Assembly: GCF_001194135.2 (NCBI RefSeq)
Contig: NC_068993.1
Location: forward strand, 62,011,928-62,075,831
Direction: 5' to 3'
Source of the DNA: Octopus bimaculoides
Lineage: Eukaryota
DNA: 63,904 nt
Of this stretch, positions 1-20,675 are shown piece by piece. The number at the start of each line of letters is the position of its first letter. The stretch's first letter is position 1. The notes under the pieces are model-generated. The model ran no database searches. It worked only from the letters and a program-made list of their open reading frames with translations, and had not been told where the DNA came from. The translations under genes and the position numbers were made by a program.

Positions 1-407
1 GCCACTACATTCCTCCATGGCTAGATTTAATTTGCGTATACAGATTTAATCTGCGATCCATGGGACGAGCCGTTTTAACGTTGCGTCCTGCCCGAAGCTC
101 GTCGAAACGCCGGTGTTAAAACGTGGGTAGCTGAAGAAGTAGAATGTTCTCTATGTGGCTCGTGTGTTCTCGTCTACGTTTGTGTGCAATGTCCTGTACC
201 CAGATATGCACCTATACATACAGGTGGATGTCGGTATGCACATACCTGTACGTATATATGCATATACTCATTTACTTTTGTTTTTATATATATATATATA
301 TACATACATACATACATACATACATGCATGCATGCATAAACTTACTTGGAAAGGGATGCGTGGTGTTCAGTCATAAAATGATATAAATAAAATGTATATC
401 TATATAT

Positions 408-915
408 GCTGCTTGGATCCCAGTCATGGGATATGAAAGTATACGTTAAGGGAGAGACTGCAGTTTCCCCAGGTCGTCCATACAACCCTGAGGCCAGATG
501 TGGTTGAAAAGATCAAGAAAATGATCTTAATTGAGCTCATAGTCCTGTGGGAAGAAGGGTGTGATGGGGCCTATGAACAGAAGTGTGCCAAATATGAAAG
601 CCTTCTGCTGGGAGAAGGGATGGCAGGTGTGGCTTTTCGCAGTCGAGGTTGGCTATAAAGGGTTCCCTGCTCAGTTGGCATGGAGGATCCTTACAGCCAT
701 TGGAATGAGAAGAAAGGAGTAAAGGGTCACTGTGCACAGGATGGGAGAAGCAGCTAAAAGAGTGTCTTGTTGGCTTTAGAGTAAGAGAGAGGAGTAAAGC
801 TGGAAGCTAGGAGGAGCAATGACATGGCCACCTCTGCTGACCCACCAACAGGAGGGTGTTACGGTTTAGGATCAAAACACCTGAGGACGTCGGATACCCT
901 CTGATGACATTAGTT
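408..915 (+). mobile_element. 5'-truncated, degenerate HERO-like non-LTR retrotransposon (restriction-like endonuclease C-terminus and 3' end)
   Basis: Translates with frameshifts and stops to WDMKV..LQFPQVVHTTLRPDVV..LIELIVLWEE..YEQKCAKYESL..WQVWLFAVEVGYKGF, i.e. PD-(D/E)xK RLE motifs. Ends in aaaacacctgaggac...ctgatgac, similar to HERO 3' termini as I recall them. Confidence 0.7.
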
Positions 916-2697
916 CCTCCTAGCCAAAGCACCTCCTTCTAAGTGTTATTCACATTTGATGATGTGGGCCTGGGTACTCCACTCACAGGAAATCAATGGG
1001 ATAGTCAAGATTGGAATGCCTTTGTTAAATAACAACAACAACAATAGTAAATACTACAAATAGACTAACAAAGGAGCCAGCCCTCATGCAGTCATTTAAC
1101 ATGCTAGAAATATCAGTTATTTTATACTGGAACTTCGTGTTACTCCCTTTAAAAAAAAAAAAAAAAGTCAAAAGAAATAGAATTACGTGGAACACTTTTG
1201 GCCTACCAGATCAGGGCGGCTGATTTAGGGCTGAACTATAATGACGACTCACATTCCTCCTCCTCCTCCTACTACTACTACTACAACCACCACCACCACT
1301 ACCCCTACTATTATGATATCTACATGTAGAAGTAGCAGTATTAGCCGTAGCAGTGGTGGTGGTGGTGGTGGAGGCAGCAGTGGCTGTAGTGGTTTATGTA
1401 ATACTTACTTCGTTCTCACCCCAACGCCCACTGATGCTTATGAAGGAAAGCAGGAAATTCCAATCACATTATATATGTCAAATTTCACTTTTTATAAACC
1501 TCTCTCTCTCTCTAAATGTGACAGATACAGTGAATGCGACGCATGTGTGACAGGTGATATGCTGGTATGTCTTGATTCAGTTAAATTGTTTTCAAACTCC
1601 ATTGGTGACTCTGCACATTTAGAGATAAGAATAAAAACCCATGAATGATGAAGACATGAACACCAAAACATCACAGTATCTTTGTTTTTTTTTTTTTTAT
1701 AATACAAATTATTCTTTATAATGGTAATCTGGAACTTGTTCAGCATGACTGATCACGTATGTGTGTGTGTGTGTGTGTAAGCAAACATACATACATGGAG
1801 CCTGACGCAGTCCTCTGACTTACCAGCCCCTGTCAAACTGTCCAACCCATACCAGAACAAAAAGCAGACACTAAATGATAAATGGTAACGTTTTTTTGCC
1901 ACTATAACATGGCTGTTCTATGCAGAACTAAGTTGCTACATTTTAACCCCAGGAAAACACCTTTTCCAGTTGGTCAATGACACACGACCTGTGTCCAATA
2001 TATAAAATACCATTTGAGCATGGCCGTTGCCAGTACCGCCTGACTGGCCCTCGTGCCGGCGGCACGTAAAAGCACCCACTACACTCTCAGAGTGGTTGGT
2101 GTTAGGAAGGGCATCCAGCCGTAGAAACTCTGCCAGATCAAATTGGAGCCTGATGATGATGATGATGACGATGATGATGATGATGATATATATCATCATC
2201 ATCATCATCATCGTTTAACGTCCATATATAGCATCATCATCGCTGTTGTAATTGTTAAGAGAAAGAAAAGGATGTAGAAGTTGAAAGGAAGATAACATTT
2301 AGACGAAAATTCATATACATACATACACATACACATGTCACCATAACAGCCTTTTATCTATAAATATCAGCATGACATGTTGCATTGATATTTAAATTTT
2401 AAGTTGGATAGACTGTAATTGACATTGATTATAGAAAAGATAGGCATCTTTTGGTGCATAAATTTTGATTATAACTTGTTGTAACAAGTCTGTATGAAAC
2501 ATATGGAATGTATGCTATGTTGATGCAATTATTAAGTACCTGTTTTGGCTTATTTCTTTTAAAACGTTGTCATTTTTATAATGCAGTATACTATATATCA
2601 TCATCATCATCATCGTTATCATCATAATATCTACTTTTCCATGCTTGCAAGGGTCAGAAGAAGCATGTGGAGGCAGAGTTTTTCTACAGCTAGATGT

Positions 2698-2781
<84 letters not shown>

Positions 2782-4379
2782 CATACAGTACTATGCAAAA
2801 GTCATCGGCTACTTTAAATTATTGTAAATTTCTACTAATCGCCAAATTATAAGTGTTGCGGTGTTTATGTTCATGTAACTTAGCGATTTGGCAAAAGAGA
2901 CTGATGGAACAAGAAGCAGACTTAAAGATAAGTACCAGGGTTGAGTCTTTCAGCTAAAAATTCCTCATGGCAGTGCCCCAGCATGGCCACGGTTTAATAA
3001 CTGAAACAGGTAAAAGACTAAAAGAATTGACGAAGCCATTTGGAATTCCTTGGATTGTGTGATTCAGAAACTTGCTTTGGTTCCGGGTTCAGTCCCACAG
3101 CATGGCACCTTGAGCAAGTATCTTCTACTACAGCCCTAGTTATAACAGTCTTCCATATTTAATTAATTCTAACTAATTAATATTTGAAGTTTATCTTTTT
3201 TTGCCATTTTTTTTTTGTGAGGGAGGGGCAGAATTACGAAGTTAAAAAAAGATAATTATTCTCTTCATTAAAATTATAATTTTAATTAATTAAAATTTCT
3301 CAGACGACTACATCTAGCATCCATTTAACTATCAAGTTTCCATGCAACAGGCTTGTTGTGTATTTTATTTCAACAGTCTTTTCTCTTTCTATCTCTCGTA
3401 ACTGTTTATCTGTCTGTCCAGCTCACTGTCTCCCAGGGTTTGTCATCACCAGCTGATGGTGGTGATCATCTTAATTACTTTATACAATAATATCCCAATT
3501 ACGTTAGCTCTTCTCCCTCCACTGCCACCACTACCACCACTCCCTTGTAGGGTGGATTTAAAATAAAGCTAGAGACACACTTGCTCAATGCGATTCGTAG
3601 ACAGGCAGACAGATTCAGTAGGACAGGGCAACGCTGTAACTAAAGCCTTCAGGTGATTATGGTGAAGACAGTGGTGGTGGTGGTGGTGGCAGCGACGACA
3701 GCAGTGGTGGTGGTGGTGGTGTTGGTGGCAGCGACAACAGCAGTGGTGGTGGTGGTGGTGGTGCAGCTGATAGTTGTTGATATAGATAAAAATTGCCTAT
3801 AGACAGGCTTATATATACAAGCATTATAATGACATGGGAAAATTTTCCAGGGATGTCTTCTGCATGAAAAATGCGTAGTTAAGCAGTGGGTGGGGAAGTC
3901 AGGCTAATGTATTTAATGTAATGTGTTGCCTGCAAAATGACCAATTAAAATAACATTTGTAATGGAAAGAAAAATTCGTTGGCATTTATGCAAATTCATG
4001 TTAAAGGCAAGGGGGACAACTCCAGGCATATTTCAGTATTATTAGGCCACATCAGCAAAACATAATCCTGCTTGTACTTACTGTGTTAGAATGAATGTAT
4101 GAGTGTGTATGTATACACACACACACACACACGTACACACATAAGTGTGTGTGAGAAAAACATCAACTAATTAAGCAAATTAAAAAATTAATTAATGACA
4201 TTGGTAGATTTCACAGGATTATCTTCTGCTTAACAAATAATGCATTTTAGCATTTGAGTGGGTTCTAGTATAGGCATTGTTTGTAGCTGTGCATGTGTGC
4301 AAGCTTATGTTACAGACACACAAACATGGCAAATTTTATTATTTCTCTGTAGATTGAAACATTGGTGAGCAGTTATACT

Positions 4380-4745
4380 TGATTGACCACAGGAAGGGTG
4401 AGGGGCAGTTTCAATGCCAATCTCTGTCAAATGGTTGCTTACTCAGATGGAATTGTGGACTGGTGTAGGTGTTCTGGCCTTTTGTACCAAAATCTCTTCT
4501 TCAACTCCCTCAAAACCTCCACAAAGTACACTTTGTTGACCGTCTGGCCAGACGGAACCCGATAGATGTAGGTGATCCCCTTGCTATCGAATAAAAGGAT
4601 CGTCCTGAGCTTTCCAGTGGTCTTGCTTTGTCTGGCCTCTTCTGCCAGCAAAACACAGATGCTTGACTCATACAAATTAATCCATAAACAATCTGGAACA
4701 TTTCATAAATTTCTGTAGCATTTTTGCTCAGTTTAATACAAAACC
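4380..4745 (-). mobile_element. Mariner transposase fragment
   Basis: ARQSKTTGKLRTILLFDSKGI...GQTVNKVYFVEVLRELKKRFWYKRPE resembles the mariner DD34D core. Confidence 0.8.
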
Positions 4746-7059
4746 TTATTACATCCTGTATGAGTATGAGTGTGAGTGTGTGTGTGTGTGTGTGTGAGTG
4801 TTAGTGTCTCCTTGTCTTGACATTGCATGAGTGTTGTAAATGAGTGTCACCGTCATGTAGGTGGTGTCCTGCATTTCCAGCCACAGAGAAATATTACCTT
4901 ATATGGAAGCAGGTAAGGGTTGGCAACAGGAAGAGCATCCGGCCATAGAAAATCTGCCTCAATAAACCCCATCCAACCCACGCATGAATGGAAAAGGGGA
5001 TGATGACGACAATGAGAAACATGAATTGGCAGGGAAGGCCTTGTTGATTAACTGTTTCCATCTCTCAGCCTGTTGATACCTCTTGATTCTATTTCCTACA
5101 AAGGTGTCTGAGATCAGGAGACTGTTTGAATTGACCTGGAACTGTTGCTGCACAGCAGGAGGTAATCACATCCACTTGTGATAACAACAGTGAAGATTAC
5201 CCTAAGATCAGTTCAAAGTCCAGCTTTTCAATGCAGTTAAAAATGCTTGGATATCAACAGCCACTGGTTTCAGCTTTCTTTATAATTCAGGTATTTTAAT
5301 CAATTCTCTTTGTATTTACAAAAATCCTTTTGGGCAACTTTGTGTGTGTGCATCATCGTCATCATCATTTAGCATGCATTGTCCATGCTGGCATGGGTTG
5401 GACAGTTTGACCAGGGCTGGCTAGCTGGAAGGCTGCACCAGACTTAAGTCTGATTTGGTATGATTTCTACAGCTGGATGCTCTTCCTAATGCCAACCACT
5501 CTGAGTATAATAGATGCTTTTAAGTGCCATTTGTGTGACACCAGTATCTGCCACAACTGTGATTTTACTTGGCTTGATGGGTCTTCTCAAGCACAGCATG
5601 TGTGTGTAAGCTAAAATAGAGAGACACTTAAAAATAAAGTTAGAAATAAAATATCTTCCATCTACAAGAAAGATAGGCACATAAAATGAAGTATGCCAGT
5701 ATAAATTTTTGCATTGCCAACGACAGAAGCAGTAATAGATAAATATTTTGGAATAGCATTCTGTATATCATACTTAACTCAGATATACTGTAGAAAGCCT
5801 TGAAACTGTGGTATTTGTCTCAAGAAAGCATCTCACATAGAAGTGTAGGGTTAAAAAACACAAAAATATATCAACAGGAAAGTGTTTAACAGCAGTTGTG
5901 GAATTGTTAAATGCATATTTCTGCGAGCATCATCAGTAACATGTATCCACAAGTAGTCACATGTTAAGATAAATTTGGTTTCTATTGATATGGAAAAACA
6001 GTGATTAATAAATCACTTGTGTTGCAAATAGCTGGCAAGCTGATTAAAAATTTATTAGTGATAGAAGCAGTATTATATATATATCATCATCATCATCATC
6101 ATCGTTTAACGTCCACTTTCCATGCTAGCATGGGTTGGACGATTTGACTGAGGACTGGCGAACCAGATGGCTACACCAGGCTCCAAACTGATTTGGCAGA
6201 GTTTCTATAATCAATGTCATGTAAAAGTCAATCCCTATTTTGGGCCAAAAATTCGGGAATTTTCCATAGGCCCTGTATAAAAGTCAACCTTAGTATTTCA
6301 TGAACACCAGGACATTTGTGGGTCAAAGTACAGCATTATCCTGTTTGTAGAAATAGCAGTTACAAAATCGTGTGGCTACCTTACTGTAGCCTGCTCTATA
6401 GGTGGAATGGTCAGTGCTTATAGTAAAACACCATTTAATAGCGAGCACTACACATTTGTTGATGGGTGCTACATCACCATCGTTACCATTACTAAAATGA
6501 ATGCACAGGATCTGCTGCAAGCCTGGATAAACCTTCAAGCACAATAAACACATGTACCATACACTCGTTTATATGGTGAGAAACATGTTTCACAGACTGC
6601 ACTCGGTGAACAGCAGAGTTGGTTATCAGCTGTATGCACCGTAATACAGTAAGTAGTGGCATGCCGGTAGATATGTTACTGGTAGCAATATAACATAGTT
6701 ATGAGATATAAATTGATTTCAGTTAGTCTGTTACGTTTGATGGATACAAATAAAAGAGATAAGGTAAATATTTATAAGAGCTACGTGGCTTTCTTTATGG
6801 GTTTTGTTATTTATTAGGACGTGTGTTTTGATGCATAGAATCTATAATATTACTGTAATTGATTGTGTTTTTGTTTTTATTGCACTTCTGATATATAGAT
6901 CTATATATTTTGTATCTTTTCATTTGTCTTGCTCGCTTACATTCTGGTGTTTGCTGAATTTTCTTGAGAACAATCTTTTCTTAGTGGTCAGACCATTGGT
7001 GGTGGTCTTCTATCAAAATGGATGTCCACTTAGTGGTCGTCCTTCTTATATATATATAA

Positions 7060-7225
7060 TATAACTACATGTGAATCGTTGGCGATTTTATTCCTCTGTC
7101 TTCCTTTCTATTGGACCTTCCGGGGCTTCCGAAGAGGAGCGTTGCTCAAAATGTTGAACCATCTTTCTTCCCTTCCCTGAGCGTCTGCTAATACTTTACA
7201 TCTTCCATGTCCTTGAATTGTTCTT
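7060..7225 (+). mobile_element. Repeat fragment with a degenerate hammerhead-like motif (Penelope pLTR-like)
   Basis: GGGGCTT-CCGAAGA-G-GAGC gtt GCTC-AAAA-TGTT-GAACC at 7122-7160; stem II intact, core altered. Confidence 0.4.
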
Positions 7226-7278
7226 TTTTTTTTGGATTTACTATATATATATAAAAATACATATATATATATATATCT

Positions 7279-7658
7279 CTCTTTTACTCGTTTCAGTCAT
7301 TTGACTGCAGCATGCTGGAGCACCGCCTTAAGTCGAGCAAATCGACCCCAGGACTTATTCTTTGTAAGCCTAGTACTTATTCTATTGGTCTCTTTTGCTG
7401 AACCACTAAGTTACGGGAACGTAAACACACCAGCATCGGATGTCAAGTAATGTTGGGTGGGGGACAAAGACACACAAACATATATATATATATATACATA
7501 TATATGATGGGCTTCTTTTAGTTTCCATCTACCAAATCCACTCACAAGGCTTTGGTCGGCCCGAGGCTATAGCAGAAGACACTTGCCCAAGGTGCCACGC
7601 AGCAGGACTGAACCCAGAACCATGTGGTTGGTAAGCAAGCTACTTACCACACAGCCAC
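7279..7658 (-). mobile_element. Full-length tRNA-derived SINE with CORE-like central domain (representative of the most abundant family)
   Basis: Head GTGGCTGTGTGGTAAG...GGTTCAGTCC (A/B boxes), GGCACCTTGGGCAAGTGTC, internal (TA)n. Related copies near 13449-13790, 14560-14700, 25895-26258, 28063-28640, 40130-40255, 45521-45880, 53590-53760, 56236-56640 and 62240-62390. Confidence 0.85.
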
Positions 7659-7709
<51 letters not shown>

Positions 7710-8096
7710 ATACCAATAGAATTCCCAGAGACAGGAAAATCCTTATGAGACACAGAACAAAGGTCTCAAACCAGTTGAATAGAAAACTGGAGGATAGGAA
7801 AAGGGCTTAATTGAAACTAACACTGCTAGAAATAGAAAACAAAATCAAACCCTCCCATGAAAAGGAGAAATTATTTTATACACAGACACTGAGTGTCAAA
7901 TTTTCTGACTGTTGTGTATAAAGTTGTATATAGAAATAAAAACGGTTGAAACCTAATATGTATTTTGACCTCATAAACATTTCTTTTATTTCAATATTGT
8001 TTGTCGTATACATTACTGACTTTTCAGCAATTCAAAGCATTACTTATTCCAGGTATAAAATAGGTCATGCACTAGTGTTACAAATAATAAATTGAA

Positions 8097-8329
8097 AGAT
8101 AAATACATTTTACATTTGACGGATTTTTGTCCTCATCTTGTTTGTTGTTAGCACGTTTCGGCTGATATACCCTCCAGCCTTCATCAGGTGTCTTGGGAAA
8201 ATTTCAAACCTGGGTTATCATTCCTAAGGTATTTTTCGATGTTGTTGTTGTTATTATTATTCAGGTCACTGCCTGGAATCAAACTCGGAATCTTGGAGTT
8301 AGTAGCCTACAGTCTTAACCACTACGCCA
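8097..8329 (-). mobile_element. tRNA-headed SINE carrying a type-I hammerhead motif in its 3' part
   Basis: A box TGGCGTAGTGG (8329-8319), B box GAGTTTGATTCC (8286-8275), (AAT/AAC)n spacer, then CAAGACAC-CTGATGA-A-GGCTG gagggtatat CAGCC-GAAA-CGT (8194-8153). Confidence 0.8.
8145..8195 (-). ncRNA. Minimal type-I hammerhead ribozyme motif (this copy has a deletion after the cleavage site)
   Basis: Core CTGATGA at 8187-8181, 5-bp stem II, GAAA at 8159-8156, palindromic ACGT stem III. Confidence 0.65.
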
Positions 8330-9426
8330 AATTTCCCCAAGAAATATATATATTTTTGTGTGTCTGTGTAGGGCATGGCTCAGCCATGCCCTACACTGGA
8401 CAGCAGCAATGCGGTACAAGTGTCTTGGCAGATGATCCTTGAGTGATGGACAAAGGTAGATCTTAATTAAAAGGTGTTCTGGTGACTTTGATACGGCTGT
8501 CATGCTGCAGTGAAAAAGACAATGGGAAACTATTTCACTACTTTACAATTCCCATGAACAATCATGGAGAAGGTTATAGCTGATTCAATTGCTTGCTCCA
8601 TTTACCATTGGATCTTTAGAGGGTCACTAGAAACGGGTAGTGGAATGTTTATAATTATAGATCCATATACATGAACTCATACTTGTGAATAGATTAATGT
8701 CTTTTGTGTATAGATTAATGTCTTCTATAGTTGGATGCCCTTCCTAATGCTAACCATTTTACAGAGTGTGGACTGAGAGCTTTCCATGTGGCACCAGCAC
8801 GGACCCTTTTTTTGTGGCACCAGCACTTATGAGCCCGCAAGATTAGGGATCCTCAGCTAGAGAGGGTTGCAAGGGACGAGCCTGGATGCAAGGGCATGGA
8901 TTTGAACTTCTAATGTAAATGGACTAAAAGGCAACTTGCCAGGCACATTCTAGTAATTCGACTAATTCACCAGCCTGTCAATGAATGCTACAATATTTTT
9001 AAAATTATTATTTACCATTGCAGTGTTAATGTAAATCAAATGAGTAAATGATATTAAACATAATCACTGATTTGAAAGAGAAAAATAAAAAATGCAAAAG
9101 ATCCACTAATGGGATTAATTATATGAATGAGATCAATTATATCTCAAATTACTGTGTATAATATTTAATACCATCATCATTATTTAATATCCATGTTCCA
9201 TGCTGACACAAGTTGAGTAATTTAACAGGATTCAATGGGCCCAAGTAACATTGTGCTCTGGTATCCTGCTTTGGCAAGGTTTCTACAGCTGGATGCTTTT
9301 CTTAATGCCAAAAACATATTCAAAAATACCAGCTGCCCTAACCAGGGTTGGCAAATTAGATGAGTTTCTGGCGTAAAATAAATAACAAAGAAAGCAGGGA
9401 ATTGTTGGGTGTTTTTCCTCATTTTT

Positions 9427-9432
9427 TTTATT
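9427..9432 (-). promoter_or_regulatory. Candidate RBX1 polyadenylation signal AATAAA
   Basis: AATAAA on the minus strand about 150 nt past the stop codon; position only, no transcript evidence. Confidence 0.35.
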
Positions 9433-9582
9433 TCTTAGAATTTATATGAAGCATAAAATGACTTAGAAAATAAGGGAGTGGGAGAAAGAGAAAACAGATT
9501 GTGACATACATAACAGTGTTAAGCAAGGTATACATAAATGAGAGGTAAATATATAAAACAGAGCCCGTATGAAGGGAGCCAA

Positions 9583-18570
<8,988 letters not shown>

Positions 18571-18864
18571 TGAGACGGAGAAGTAATGAAATCTCGTCGC
18601 TGAGACACACAGCTCCCGTTCGCAACGAGACTCTCGAGAATCAAGGCTGATATAGGTGACGGGGGTGGGGGTGGGTGAAGGTTGAAGCAAAACTAGGAAC
18701 GTGTTGTTGTCTTCGTCGTTCGTTTATTCTAGAATTTCTATTTATCATTTCTTTGAACGATGTTAACTTTCCGTGCTACTGCTTTTCATTTATTTATGTT
18801 TTCCATTATTGGAAATATACATGAATTTTTGTTTCATTCTTCTTCATCTATAATAATTCGGACA

Positions 18865-19093
18865 GGGGCGGCGAGCTGGCAGAATCATTAGCACGCCGGG
18901 CGAAATACTTAGCGGCATTTCGTCTGCCGTTACGTTCTGAGTTCAAACTCCGCCCAGGTCAACTTTGCCTTTCATCCTTTCGGGGTCGATTAAATAAATA
19001 TCAGTTACACACTGAGGTTGATGTAATCGACTTAAACCCTTTGTCTTTGTTTTTCCCCCCTATGTTTATTCCCCTGTGGGCAATAAAGAAATA
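18865..19093 (+). mobile_element. tRNA-derived SINE, second family, just upstream of RBX1
   Basis: GGCGAGCTGGCAGAATC...GAGTTCAAACTCC (A/B boxes). Related copies near 22880-23037, 29025-29215, 48127-48245, 48258-48480, 48660-48820 and 53030-53245. Confidence 0.85.
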
Positions 19094-19704
19094 TATAATA
19101 ATTCGGACATACCTACACAATTGTGTTTCCCACTCTCTCTGATTTTGTTTCCTCACAACTTTCAGAAAAATTGGATGTTTTAAAATGAAATTTTCTACAA
19201 ATACTTTCAGATTGTTTAGAATTTAAGGTCAAACTAAAGGGTTTGACCCGAGCGAAAAAAAAAAAAAAAATTAATTGTGTAATAGGTGTAAAACCACTTG
19301 CTCTAAACGAATATGAATTAAAAAAATGCGTGGAGGTAGCACGTTAAAAGCACCCACTACACTCTTGGAGTTTTAGGCATTAGGAAGAGCATCCAGCAGT
19401 AGAAACGTTGCCTGATCAGATTGGAGCCTGGTGTAGCCTCCTGGCTTGCCAGTCCCCAGTCTAACCGTCCAATTCATGCCAGCATGGAAAGCGGACGTTA
19501 AACGATGATGATGATGACTGCCAATTCTTCAAATCTCAGTTTGGACAAAGTCCTCTGTTATAATTCCATTCACAGCTAGAATGGGAAGCTTCTTTTTTTA
19601 TTATTTCTTTGAAGGCAAAAATATATTTTAGTTGACCAAAAATGTTCTCCTTTTTCCCCAGACTTTTAATTATACATTCACACCTGTAAGGTAGCTAATG
19701 TATA

Positions 19705-19719
19705 CGACAGGACTCTGTG

Positions 19720-19761
<42 letters not shown>

Positions 19762-19965
19762 CACAGATCTGTGTGTGTGTGTGTGTGTACAGATTTGCAT
19801 GTATGTATGTATGTGTACAGATGTGTATGTATGTATGTGTACAGATGTGTATGTATGTATGTGTACAGATCTGTGTATATGTATGTATGTATGTGTACAG
19901 ATGTGTATGTATGTATGTGTACAGATCTGTGTATATGTATGTATGTATGTATATATGCATGTATG
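19705..19965 (+). repeat. Compound (TG)n / higher-order TGTACAGAT(C)TGTGTAT(A)TGTATG repeat
   Basis: About 7 recurrences of TGTACAGAT spaced by TATG/TG runs. Confidence 0.85.
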
Positions 19966-20593
19966 TGATACTTACATCTCTAGACCTGCTCATATATATT
20001 TAAATAATAAACTTCTGGAAAGTTTTACAGATCTTTACAGTTCCAGTGATGGATTGGATCTGCAGTCTTCGAATTAGCGTTCTCCTTTCTGGTTTTCAGA
20101 AGCCTAATTTCTCAAGATTGGTATCATGTATGTGTGTGTGTGTGTGTGTGTGTGTATGCATGTATGCACGTGTGTGTGTTTGTCTCTATCTGTGTTTTGT
20201 TTTCTCTTATTTTCTACGTGCCACTAGCCAGGCACAGATCAGTCCTCTAAGTGGTATGATAATTCGATGTACATAAGCGGTGTGTAAAGAGATGAGTAAT
20301 CAAAATCTCAGTCTCCAGGTTTCTGTCCATTGTCTTCAGAGTCTGCACTTAGGATTCAAACGTATCGTCTGTCAAATTTGCCACCATCTTAGGTGAGACA
20401 GAGTTCAATTCAGATAACTCATCTTTTCTCATTGTCGTTGACCTTTTTCAGTTTTTAGAACATGCTTAAAAGCATGACTACAGCAGAAAAGCATTCTCAA
20501 ATTTCAAAAAAGAGATCTACTCTTTCTCTTTTGAAATTTCAGACAATTAAGAGGGCAATCTTCTCCCCGTCACCAACTTTGAGAGAGCTAACT

Positions 20594-20675
<82 letters not shown>

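Noticed and set aside
60-140. CGTTTTAAC/GTTAAAACG hairpin with GAAAC and CTGAAGA nearby
   Set aside because: I tried hammerhead types I-III, twister and pistol topologies; core order and stem I pairing do not fit. Probably a repeat terminus cut by the window edge.
1241-1648. 135-aa ORF, and similar poly-T/H/V/YI/CV ORFs elsewhere
   Set aside because: Produced by microsatellites; no domain or splice support.
6220-6620. Possible pogo-like DNA transposon end
   Set aside because: Only a vague TIR-like motif; no second end or transposase motif found.
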